Both the position numbers and the translations under genes were made by a program. Positions 6,699 through 14,504 of a DNA stretch of 14,504 nt are shown here, in pieces. Position 1 is the first letter of the stretch. Each line of letters starts with the position of its first letter. This DNA comes from an uncultured bacterium (GTDB taxonomy: Bacteria; Hydrogenedentota; Hydrogenedentia; Hydrogenedentales; JAEUWI01): the NCBI GenBank assembly GCA_963977445.1, contig CAXBPH010000175.1, positions 1-14,504 on the forward strand, written 5' to 3'. A model generated the notes under the pieces. The model saw nothing but the letters and a program-made list of their open reading frames with translations, was not told the origin of the DNA and did not search any database.

Positions 6699-9674
6699 TT
6701 ACTCCACAAAGAGGAACTCGTTGCTGTTCAGTAACACGCGACACAACGCGGCGAGTCCATTGGCGTCGACAAATGCATTAAAGGCAACCCGCTCTCTTTC
6801 GTCGGGTTCACGATACCACACCAAGGCCGTGGCCCGGCGTATCTGGTCGTCGACGAAAGACGCTTCGTTTTCCAATCGGGCGGCCATAGCTTCGCTGTGG
6901 TGCAGGACGAAATTGTTGTTGTAGAGGGTTAAGGCCTGGAGGGAAGAAGCGGAAAATCCCCGCACGGGCGACAACAGGCCGAGATCGGGAAAATCCAGTG
7001 CTTCCATAAAGGGGTCCGCGATGCCGCGCCACACGTAGCTATAGATGCTGCGCCGACCCGCGCCGGGACTGCTCCAATCGTAGGCCCCGTAGTCGAGGGT
7101 GGGCGTAAGTTGGGGGCCGGGCCCTTCCGTGAAGTGCTTCACGCCCGGCCCGCCCATGGCGAGGTCCAGCGTGCCCGCTACGGCCATCGTATAGTCCCGG
7201 TAGGCATCGGCATCGAAGCGGTGTCGGTTTTGTCGCCAGAGCAAACGGTTTTCCCCATCGATGTCCGCGCCGTCCTCACGGTATTGGGACGATTGACGGA
7301 AGGTTTCGCTGGTGACAATGAGTCGGTGGAGGGCCTTGAGGGAGCCGTGTGCATCATCGCGAAACCACACAGCGAGCCAGTCGATGAGTTCGGGATGAGA
7401 CGGCACGCCGCCCATGCGGCCCAGGTCGCTGGGGGTGTCGCAGAGGCCCCGACCAAAGTGGTAGTGCCAGATGCGGTTGACGATGCTGCGCCAGGTGAGC
7501 ACGTTGTCCGGGCTGGCAATCCAATCGGCCAGGGCTGCCCGGCGTGCGCCTTCGTTTTCGGGGTTTTCCAGAGCGAAGCGCGCGGGGAGGGCATCGAGGG
7601 TTGTCAGGGCACCGGGTCCCACCAGTTCGGCGGGCTTGTCGAAATCGCCCCGCTCCATACGGTGGACGGGTTTGGGCCCGTCGACGGTGACGGGCTTGGG
7701 GGTGGCTGCTCCGTCGGGGATATCGACGGCGGCGGCGGCCGTGTAGACCAGGGCTTGCTCGGGCAGGGCTGCCAGGGCTTCTTCGGCGGAGCGGGCCAAA
7801 GCGGCCGATGCTATCGCCAGACGTTGCGCATCACTCCGGGCTGCTTTCGGGAGGGCCAGCCCTTCTTCGGCCACTGTCGGCAGGGCCGTAGCCCGGATGG
7901 GGGCATCTTCCGTGGCGGCCAGTCCAAATGCGCCGATGAGGTGGCCATCTCCGTGCTGTTGTTTCAGTGTCAGGGCGAGGCGGGTGCCGGGTGCGATGGT
8001 CAGGGGGGCGTCCAGTTCAAACACGGCATGGTGGTCGGCACCCTCGGCGGGATGGATGCCCCAGGCCGTGCCACCGTTGCCGTCGATGGCTCTATCAATG
8101 CCCCAGTCGGCCTGATTGAAGTCGGCTGTTGCCCGACGAAAACTCAACGTTGTCGCGGTGGTTGCGTCCGGGGGAAAGAGGTCAACAACCAATTCGGACA
8201 GATGAAAATTGCCATTGTCCTGACGGCCTGGTCCGCGCACGGGCAGGCTGTCGTCGGCGTATACATCCAGTCGTAGCGCGGTGATCGTCGCCAGCCCGGT
8301 GGAGGCGGAAAGAAGGTAGGTGTCTTTGTCGGGACGTTTGCCGCTGGCAACAAAGCGACCTTCCGGCCCCCGCGTCAAGGTGGCCCCATCGGTGGAGGCC
8401 CAGGTCTCGACCTGGAGGGGAGTCCAGGTAGCCCCTTCCCCCCGCGCTGTAATCCATTCGTCAATGATGGGTTCATTTTCTGCGGTGAGGAGCAGAGCCC
8501 CATCGTTCTCCACCGTGGCACGGATGATGTCATTCCAGTGCTTCCGTGCGGTCTTCGTCTTCAGGTCGCGGTCGTAGGCCAGATCGCCCTTTAATACGCC
8601 AGAGAAGACGGCCTGCAGGGCGTAGTAATCGGTCTGAGGGATGGGGTCGAACTTGTGGTTGTGGCACCGGGCGCAACTGGCGGTGGTGCTGATGAAGGAG
8701 GCCGTGGCCTGGGTGACGAGGGTATCCCGGGCCAGGTAATCGAAGGTGACCCCGGCCGTGAGGTAGGTGCTGAAATCAAACGGTCCGGCACCCAGATAGC
8801 CGAGGGCGGGGGTCAGTTCCGGGGCGTCGGGGAAAAAATAATCGGTGGCCAATTGCTCCCGGATGAAGCGCTGCCAGGGGGTGTCGTTGTTGAGTGCTTC
8901 GATGACATAGTCGCGATACGGCCAGGCGTGGTCCCGGCCGATATCGTGCTCATAACCATGGGAATCGGCAAACTGGATGGTGTCGAGCCAGTGCCGGGCC
9001 CAGCGTTCGCCATAGCGGGGCGAGGCCAGCAATCCGTCCACCAGGTTTTCGTAGGCCTGGGGGTCGGGGTCGTTACAAAAAGCGTCGACCGCTTCAGGGG
9101 TTGGGGGAAGTCCGACCAGATCGTAGTAGAGGCGCTGAATCAACACGCTGCGCGGGGCCGTGGGCGACGGCGAGAGGCTTTTTTCGCTCAGAGTCGCGTG
9201 GACGAAGGCGTCAATGGGGTTGTCGGCCCCATCGGGCACGTCTGGCTGCACGAGGGGTTCCAAGGACCAGTGGGGCGGGCCTTCTTCCAATTCGTTGGCG
9301 AGTTCATCGGGCCAACTTGGGCCGCTGTCTATCCAGGCGCGCAACAGGGCGACTTCGGGCTCCGAAAGGGGTGGTGCGTCGCTTTTTTCCGGCGGCATCC
9401 GATTTTCGGGGTCCTGGCCACTCACCAAACGAAACAGGGGGCTGTTGGCACTGTCGTGGGGGACGATGGCGACCCGGCCACTGTCACCGCCCCGGAGGGC
9501 CATGCTGCGTACATCGAGGCGATAGCCGCTCTTCTGCCGCTCCGCTCCGTGACAGCCATAGCAACTTCGTTCCAGCAGGGGGCGAATTTCCGATGCGTAA
9601 TCGGGGCTGGCGGCGACCTGGCCCAAAACAAGGGCCGGCAGGACACTGAGGGCTACGGACAACACGTCGGGCAC
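6699..9674 (-). CDS. Planctomycete-type cytochrome c / DUF1549 (PSCyt2) / DUF1553 (PSD1) domain protein
   Basis: 991 aa. Signal-like N-terminus, CYGCH and CARCH heme-binding motifs, NPIDAFV, RLYYDLVGLPPTPE, LLASPRYGERWARHWLD, VNRIWHYHFGRGL, PSHPELIDWLA, C-terminal LLNSNEFLFVE. Central carbohydrate-binding/discoidin-like insert (ATADF..AIDGN..TAW). Start (GTG 9674 or 9665) uncertain. Confidence 0.92.
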   Translation of the reverse strand: MPDVLSVALSVLPALVLGQVAASPDYASEIRPLLERSCYGCHGAERQKSGYRLDVRSMALRGGDSGRVAIVPHDSANSPLFRLVSGQDPENRMPPEKSDAPPLSEPEVALLRAWIDSGPSWPDELANELEEGPPHWSLEPLVQPDVPDGADNPIDAFVHATLSEKSLSPSPTAPRSVLIQRLYYDLVGLPPTPEAVDAFCNDPDPQAYENLVDGLLASPRYGERWARHWLDTIQFADSHGYEHDIGRDHAWPYRDYVIEALNNDTPWQRFIREQLATDYFFPDAPELTPALGYLGAGPFDFSTYLTAGVTFDYLARDTLVTQATASFISTTASCARCHNHKFDPIPQTDYYALQAVFSGVLKGDLAYDRDLKTKTARKHWNDIIRATVENDGALLLTAENEPIIDEWITARGEGATWTPLQVETWASTDGATLTRGPEGRFVASGKRPDKDTYLLSASTGLATITALRLDVYADDSLPVRGPGRQDNGNFHLSELVVDLFPPDATTATTLSFRRATADFNQADWGIDRAIDGNGGTAWGIHPAEGADHHAVFELDAPLTIAPGTRLALTLKQQHGDGHLIGAFGLAATEDAPIRATALPTVAEEGLALPKAARSDAQRLAIASAALARSAEEALAALPEQALVYTAAAAVDIPDGAATPKPVTVDGPKPVHRMERGDFDKPAELVGPGALTTLDALPARFALENPENEGARRAALADWIASPDNVLTWRSIVNRIWHYHFGRGLCDTPSDLGRMGGVPSHPELIDWLAVWFRDDAHGSLKALHRLIVTSETFRQSSQYREDGADIDGENRLLWRQNRHRFDADAYRDYTMAVAGTLDLAMGGPGVKHFTEGPGPQLTPTLDYGAYDWSSPGAGRRSIYSYVWRGIADPFMEALDFPDLGLLSPVRGFSASSLQALTLYNNNFVLHHSEAMAARLENEASFVDDQIRRATALVWYREPDERERVAFNAFVDANGLAALCRVLLNSNEFLFVE

Positions 9675-9902
9675 ATCTCCGGGCTGCTACGGCTTCGGTG
9701 GAATTGATGAAGGGAACGCAACTCCGCGGCGGCCACCTCCAAAGGTTGAGTATAGCGAAGAAGGAGCTACCGTGCCACCCGATATGGGGATGTCGGTTGG
9801 ACACCCGCAACGAATATGGGCTATCGTGAATCTCCCGCGACGACGCTCCCAATTCCTGAAGTGTCGTTGCACCCTGATCACCGACCCAGGAGGAGAGCAC
9901 CT

Positions 9903-11315
9903 GTGAGAAAGACGATTGCCATGATGATACTGTCCGCGACGGTGTTGGGCATTGCTGCCAACGGCATGGCCGACGAGAAACAACTTACGATTACCCCGAA
10001 AAGCCACGATCTCGACAACAACGATAATTTTTCCCCTGACGGCAAATTTCTTTGCTATGACACCCGCGAGATGGAGGGTCCGGGTATTGGAAACAGCCAG
10101 ACCATTGAGTTGGTAGAAATTGCGACGGGCAAAGAGACCTTGTTGTATACCCCCGTGGCGACCATTACGGGTGACGAACCGGCACCGGGCGTGGGCGCGG
10201 TTTCTTTTTCCGGCGCGGAAAATCGTGTGGCCTTTATCCATGGCCCACCGGTTGACCAACTTGCGGCCCGTGGTTCCTACGACAAACCCAATCGCCAGGG
10301 CGCGTCCGTCGTGACCGATGGTTCGGGTAAACCGGCCCCCCAGGGTGGCTTCGAGAAAACCTGGTTGGATTTCCGCGATGCTGCCACCGACCGGGATACC
10401 CTGCCCGGTGCCCACCGTGGTGGTACCCATCGCCACGAGTATACGCTGGACGGTAAGCGCATAGGATTCACCTACAACGACTTTTTACTGCCCAACTACG
10501 GCCGCACCGTGGGCTATATGGAAGCGAGCCCCAAGGCACCCGAAGGGGCGAGCCACTACTACGCCAACCTCGTGCCCATCGTTCCCGAAGGCACGTCCAA
10601 GCCCGGCGAACTGGAGGTTGCACAAAAGGATTCCTGGATTGGACGTCAGGGTCTGATGCGGGCCTTCATCGGCACCGTGCGTAATGGCGACGGCACGACC
10701 TACGAAGACTCGCTCTACATGATTGATATTCCGGCAGATGTGGATATCACGACGGCGGATTCCGGCAACGCTACCCGCTTCCCCACGCCTCCCAAGGGCA
10801 CCTCGATTCGGCGCATGACCCACACCTGGGCGGGCGGTACGGTGCGGGGCAGTTTTGACGGCAGCCGCGTGGCCTACTATGCCAAGGCCGACGATGGTAC
10901 GACCCAGGTTTTCCTCATCGACGCCGATGGTTCCGACCAGTCGAAGGACCCCGAAAAACGGCCCAAACAGGCCACTTTTCTCCCGGAAGGCTCGGACAGC
11001 GGCCTGCGCTGGCACCCCTCGGGAAATACGGTCTTCAGCATCAGCAATGGCGGCATTGTTGCGACCTGTGTAAAGCCAGGCGCGAATTTTGGGCGCTCTG
11101 TTTTCCTGACGGGGCAGGACGACGGCCCCGAGCGCATCAAACTCACGTCTTCGCAGGACGGCACGATGTTGGCCTTCAACAAGCCCGTGCCGAGCAAGAA
11201 TGAGAAGGGTGAAATTGTAAAGACGTGGGACGGCGAAGACGTCCTCCAGATCTTTACCGTGGCCTTCCCCGATGCCAACGGAGATGGGGTTATCGATAGC
11301 CTCGACGCCCAATAA
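9903..11315 (+). CDS. Secreted YidR/DUF3748-like beta-propeller protein
   Basis: GTG at 9903 with AGGAGGAG RBS (9888-9895). Signal peptide MRKTIAMMILSATVLGIAANGMA. Motifs KQLT..H.L.NND.FSPDGKFLCYDTR, FIHGP and PGAHRGGTHRH..DGKRIGFTYND resemble YidR as I recall it. C-terminal DANGDGVID Ca-binding-like loop. Confidence 0.75.
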   Translation: MRKTIAMMILSATVLGIAANGMADEKQLTITPKSHDLDNNDNFSPDGKFLCYDTREMEGPGIGNSQTIELVEIATGKETLLYTPVATITGDEPAPGVGAVSFSGAENRVAFIHGPPVDQLAARGSYDKPNRQGASVVTDGSGKPAPQGGFEKTWLDFRDAATDRDTLPGAHRGGTHRHEYTLDGKRIGFTYNDFLLPNYGRTVGYMEASPKAPEGASHYYANLVPIVPEGTSKPGELEVAQKDSWIGRQGLMRAFIGTVRNGDGTTYEDSLYMIDIPADVDITTADSGNATRFPTPPKGTSIRRMTHTWAGGTVRGSFDGSRVAYYAKADDGTTQVFLIDADGSDQSKDPEKRPKQATFLPEGSDSGLRWHPSGNTVFSISNGGIVATCVKPGANFGRSVFLTGQDDGPERIKLTSSQDGTMLAFNKPVPSKNEKGEIVKTWDGEDVLQIFTVAFPDANGDGVIDSLDAQ

Positions 11316-11327
11316 TACAACGACGAC

Positions 11328-11370
11328 GCGAGCGCTTTGGATGGCTTATGCCCGGAGCGCTCGCTTTTTT
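11328..11370 (+). terminator. Intrinsic terminator between the YidR-like gene and the MFS gene
   Basis: GCGAGCGCTTTGG (11328-11340) pairs with CCGGAGCGCTCGC (11352-11364), including two G-U pairs, followed by TTTTTT. Confidence 0.7.
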
Positions 11371-11382
11371 ACTGGAGCTTAC

Positions 11383-12546
11383 ATGCCGACCCATCCTCGT
11401 CTGATTCTCGCTTTGTGCAATGCCGGTATGGGGTGTGTCGCGCTGGGCGCCAGTCTGATTCCGATTTATCTCACCACCATCGCCGATACCTTCGGTGGGA
11501 TGACTGCGGGTGAACTGGGGCCCATACCGGGGCTACTCTTCGCTGGTTTTGTGGTGGGCATTCTCACGACCGGCCCCCTTGCGGACAGGATGGGTGCCAA
11601 ACCCTTCGTGCTGGGGGGTATGGCGGCTACGCTGGTCGGTTTGCTCTTACTGGCCACGTCCTGGAACTATGCCTCCCTGCTCGTGGCCGCCTTCGTGATC
11701 GGTCTGGGAGCCGGGGTCATCGACATGGTCATGAGTCCTATCGTCTCCGTGTTGTCCATCGACAACCGGACGACCGCGCTGAACCGTCTTCACGCTTTTT
11801 ACTGTTTCGGCGCCATCGGCACGCTGACCATTGCGTCGACCATGATCCAATTCGGTGCGCCCTGGCGGATTGTGGTGGCGGCTTTTGCTACCGTGCCCTT
11901 GGTTGTCTTTCTGGGCTTCCTCGTTACCAACCTGCCCTCCCTGGTCCACCCCGACGAGACCCGGCAGGGCCTGCGCCACCTGATCCGCCAGCCCCGATTT
12001 CACCTTGCGCTCCTTGCCATCGTGCTGGTGGGAGCGACGGAAGAAGGCATGGCCCAGTGGTTACCGGCCTACGCAGAGCGTGCCCTCGGCTTCAGCAAGA
12101 CGACGGCGGCCCTGGCTCTGGGGGGCTTTGCCATCGCCATGGGAACAGGACGTTGGATTGCCTCCCATTGGGGTGCGCGATTCACGGCCCGTCAGCTCAT
12201 GATTGCGGGTGCGTCGTGGGCCACAACGGGTTTTCTCGTTGGTGCGCTGGCTCCGGTGCCGGGTGTGGCCCTCGTGGGGTGCGTGCTCGTGGGCTTCGGG
12301 TGCAGTGTGATGTGGCCCACCGCGCTGGCCATGACGGCTGATGCCTTTCCCCAGGGAGGTGCGACCCTTTTCGCAGCCCTGGCGGCGGCAGGGAATGTGG
12401 GATGTCTCGCGGCCCCCATGCTGTGCGGTTACATAGCGGAATTTGGTGGCCTGCGGGTTGCCCTGGGTCTGGGTGCGACGTGGCCATTCGTGCTGGCAGC
12501 GGGGTTGCTTGTTGGTAGCTTCAGGCAACGGCGTAGCGCGGGCTGA
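11383..12546 (+). CDS. Major facilitator superfamily transporter (sugar-permease-like)
   Basis: ATG at 11383 with GGAG RBS (11374-11377). About 12 hydrophobic segments, MFS motif A GPLADRMGAKP, LNRLHAFYCFG, E...AQWLPAY, S.MWPT. Confidence 0.9.
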   Translation: MPTHPRLILALCNAGMGCVALGASLIPIYLTTIADTFGGMTAGELGPIPGLLFAGFVVGILTTGPLADRMGAKPFVLGGMAATLVGLLLLATSWNYASLLVAAFVIGLGAGVIDMVMSPIVSVLSIDNRTTALNRLHAFYCFGAIGTLTIASTMIQFGAPWRIVVAAFATVPLVVFLGFLVTNLPSLVHPDETRQGLRHLIRQPRFHLALLAIVLVGATEEGMAQWLPAYAERALGFSKTTAALALGGFAIAMGTGRWIASHWGARFTARQLMIAGASWATTGFLVGALAPVPGVALVGCVLVGFGCSVMWPTALAMTADAFPQGGATLFAALAAAGNVGCLAAPMLCGYIAEFGGLRVALGLGATWPFVLAAGLLVGSFRQRRSAG

Positions 12547-12907
12547 ACCAGGGCGCGCAACGTTACCGACATAGAAAAGGGATGTCAAAATTCCGTGCGC
12601 CGCGATTCGATAGCTTCGCATCATGCACATGTACCGGAATTTACGATGTGGCAATTCGGTGGGACGAAGTCTTACCCGCTTGTTCCTATCGTTCTTGGAG
12701 GATTGAAGAGCACCTTGCTCCAAGCGCACGAACCGGGGTACCGGATCGCGCGGCACGACGGGGAGTCTCGCTTTGGCCTGGTGTCCTGGGGGGGGTAAGT
12801 TCGGCCACGTTGCCCCACCCCCTACCCAATCGGGGGCGATGGATGCTACCATGGTGGTACAGACCCTTCCCCGAATCCAGTGTGTGCGAAATAATACGGA
12901 GAGAACC

Positions 12908-13360
12908 ATGTCCAAGGCTCGTCAGGGGTTTACCCTCATCGAAATCATGATTGTGGTGGCGATTATTGCGGTGATTGCGGCCATCGCCATCCCCAACCTG
13001 TTGCGTTCGAAGTTACAGGCCAATGAAGTCTCGGCGGTGGGCGACCTGCGCACCATTTGTGCAGCCCAGATAGCCTGTCTCACCGCCCGACTGACTTTTG
13101 GCGACTTTGCTACGCTGGTTGATGAGGTGGATGGCGCGGGCACAGCCTTTCTCGACTCCGCCTGGTTTGAGGGACGGCAAAAAGCGGGCTACACCTTTTC
13201 CATTGCCGATCCAACTCCCGAATCTTTCACGTGTTTTGCCGATCCTGTGGGTCTGGGCACCACGGGGAGTCGCTTCTATCGCACCGACCCATCCGGGGTA
13301 ATTCGTTTTGATACGACGGGCCGTCCGGCTGCTGACGCCACCACGCTCAACGAATCCTGA
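12908..13360 (+). CDS. Type IV pilin-like protein (prepilin N-terminal cleavage/methylation domain)
   Basis: MSKARQG|FTLIEIMIVVAIIAVIAAIAIPNLL class III signal peptide with E+5. GGAGAG RBS at 12898-12903. 150 aa. Confidence 0.92.
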   Translation: MSKARQGFTLIEIMIVVAIIAVIAAIAIPNLLRSKLQANEVSAVGDLRTICAAQIACLTARLTFGDFATLVDEVDGAGTAFLDSAWFEGRQKAGYTFSIADPTPESFTCFADPVGLGTTGSRFYRTDPSGVIRFDTTGRPAADATTLNES

Positions 13361-13398
13361 CGGGTCTTGGCTGCGGCCATAGAAGGAGTCTGGATACC

Positions 13399-13512
13399 GT
13401 GAAATCCCCTGGTTTGTCCTGGCGGCCCTTTCTCTGGCAGACCGCCACGGCGTTGGCGGTGGATGAGTTGCGCCGATTGGAAGAGGAATACGGCGTGCAC
13501 GCCGTGACCTGA
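13399..13512 (+). CDS. Candidate 37-aa small protein or gene remnant
   Basis: AAGGAG at 13383-13388, GTG start at 13399, MKSPGLSWRPFLWQTATALAVDELRRLEEEYGVHAVT. Its TGA overlaps the HAD ATG (TGATG, 13510-13514). Confidence 0.4.
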   Translation: MKSPGLSWRPFLWQTATALAVDELRRLEEEYGVHAVT

Positions 13513-14189
13513 TGGTGGAATCGGGCATGGGAGAAGCATCCCCACGGCGGGTCATTGCCTTCGATTTCGATGGGGTCATCGCCGACTCGCTGGATGCCTA
13601 CTTTCCCGTGTTTCAGGCCTGTTGTGCGGAACTGGGGTTTTCCGGGCCGACGACGTTGGATGCCTTTCTCGATGTCTTCGATACCAATGCGGTCAAGGGG
13701 TTGTTGCGTGGGGGCGTGCCGTTCTACAAATTGCGGCGTCTCGGTAAGGCCCTGACCCCCCGGGTTGTCGCGCTCAACGACCACGTGTCCCCCTTCCCCG
13801 GAATTCCTGCGTTGGTCATGGCCTTGCAGGAAATGCACCCCATCTATGTGGTGACCTCCAACATGACTGACGCGACCGCCCAGTTTATGGAACGAAACGG
13901 AATGCACGGTCTGGAAGACGTGGTGGGTGCGGACCGCGTGGCCAGTAAGGTGAAGAAGCTCCGCCGCATTCGAAAACGGCACGCCACGTCAGAAATCTGG
14001 TATGTGGGGGACACCCTGGGCGACATGATAGAGGCCCGGCAGGCCGGCGCCATTTCCGTCGCCGCCTGCTGGGGCTGGCATAGTCGCGAACGGCTGCAAC
14101 GGGGCAACCCGGAGCACCTGGTGGAAAGTCCGGCGGCCCTGGGCCGCTTGCTGGGTGTGCCCCCCCTGGAATCGGAAAACGCGATATAG
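13512..14189 (+). CDS. HAD-superfamily phosphatase (phosphoglycolate-phosphatase-like)
   Basis: Motif I FDFDGVIADS, motif II VTSN, motif III Lys (SKVKK), motif IV YVGDTLGD, C-terminal WGWH. Confidence 0.9.
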   Translation: MVESGMGEASPRRVIAFDFDGVIADSLDAYFPVFQACCAELGFSGPTTLDAFLDVFDTNAVKGLLRGGVPFYKLRRLGKALTPRVVALNDHVSPFPGIPALVMALQEMHPIYVVTSNMTDATAQFMERNGMHGLEDVVGADRVASKVKKLRRIRKRHATSEIWYVGDTLGDMIEARQAGAISVAACWGWHSRERLQRGNPEHLVESPAALGRLLGVPPLESENAI

Positions 14190-14192
14190 CCC

Positions 14193-14240
14193 AATCACCG
14201 GCAGAGCCGGGGGTATGCGGAAAGCCCCTGAAAGGGGGTG
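14193..14240 (-). mobile_element. Possible IS200/IS605-like end remnant (tandem hairpins)
   Basis: Minus strand reads CCCCT-TTC-AGGGG then CCCCCGGC-TCT-GCCGGTGA, resembling Y1-transposon subterminal hairpins as I recall them. No TnpA ORF present. Confidence 0.35.
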
Positions 14241-14243
14241 TTA

Positions 14244-14472
14244 AGTCCACGAAGTGGGCGACAAATCGTAGCCCAGCGGCGAGCGTAGCGAGTCCTGGGT
14301 TTTGGTCGACACACGCCGATACGAGTCCCAGCGGGGCGACATAGGGCGCGAGTTGGACCCCATCTCCGAAAATTCTATGCCGCCCCGCTGGGGCTGTCTG
14401 AGCGTTTTGTCCACGATCCCAGGGCTTGCTTCGCATCGCCCTGGGCTAGGATATGCCGCCCCTCCGGGGCTA
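14244..14472. repeat. REPIN/BIME-like long imperfect inverted repeat built from nested REP-like hairpins
   Basis: Arm 14244-14344 is an imperfect reverse complement of arm 14375-14472, e.g. CCCAGCGGGGCGACATAG vs CTATGCCGCCCCGCTGGG, and TAGCCCAGCGGCGAGCGTAGCGAGTCCTGGG vs CCCAGGGCTTGCTTCGCATCGCCCTGGGCTA. 30-bp central spacer. Confidence 0.8.
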
Positions 14473-14504
14473 AAAGCGCTTCGACCGCCCTATTCTGCAA
14501 CACG

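Noticed and set aside
12645..12700. c-di-GMP-I riboswitch-like words (GGCAA...GTGGGACG) upstream of the pilin gene
   Set aside because: Spacing is too short and the conserved GCAAA segment and P3 stem are missing
14244..14472. CRISPR array
   Set aside because: Repeats are inverted and degenerate, without regular unique spacers; no cas genes

Overview
A mostly GC-rich bacterial chromosomal window with nine clear genes. In order: a secreted beta-propeller glycosidase-like gene (visibly lower GC), a convergent lexA, an EF-hand/(EG)n/RTX-like lipoprotein, a DUF1501 gene, a DUF1549/DUF1553 cytochrome-c-type gene, a secreted YidR/DUF3748-like protein, an MFS transporter, a type IV pilin-like protein and a HAD phosphatase. 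The (EG)n-linker protein and the DUF1501/DUF1553 pair suggest a Hydrogenedentota- or PVC-like host (inference only). The most interesting signals are non-coding. (1) A 62-bp direct repeat (59/62 identical) brackets the low-GC first gene like a cassette. (2) A complete 243-bp MITE with 18-bp TIRs and a perfect 10-bp target-site duplication lies between the DUF1553 and DUF1501 genes and carries a 23-bp hairpin flanked by its own 9-bp direct repeat. (3) The lexA promoter (TTGACA-17-TTCAAT, extended -10) is overlapped by two tandem CTGAA-N6-TTCAG-type palindromes 21 bp apart, a candidate lineage-specific SOS box. (4) There are several REP/REPIN-like palindrome families and a possible IS200/IS605-like end. 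(5) An unannotated 37-aa ORF overlaps the HAD start as TGATG. No transposase, CRISPR array, rRNA or tRNA is visible. Family assignments come from motif recognition, not database searches.
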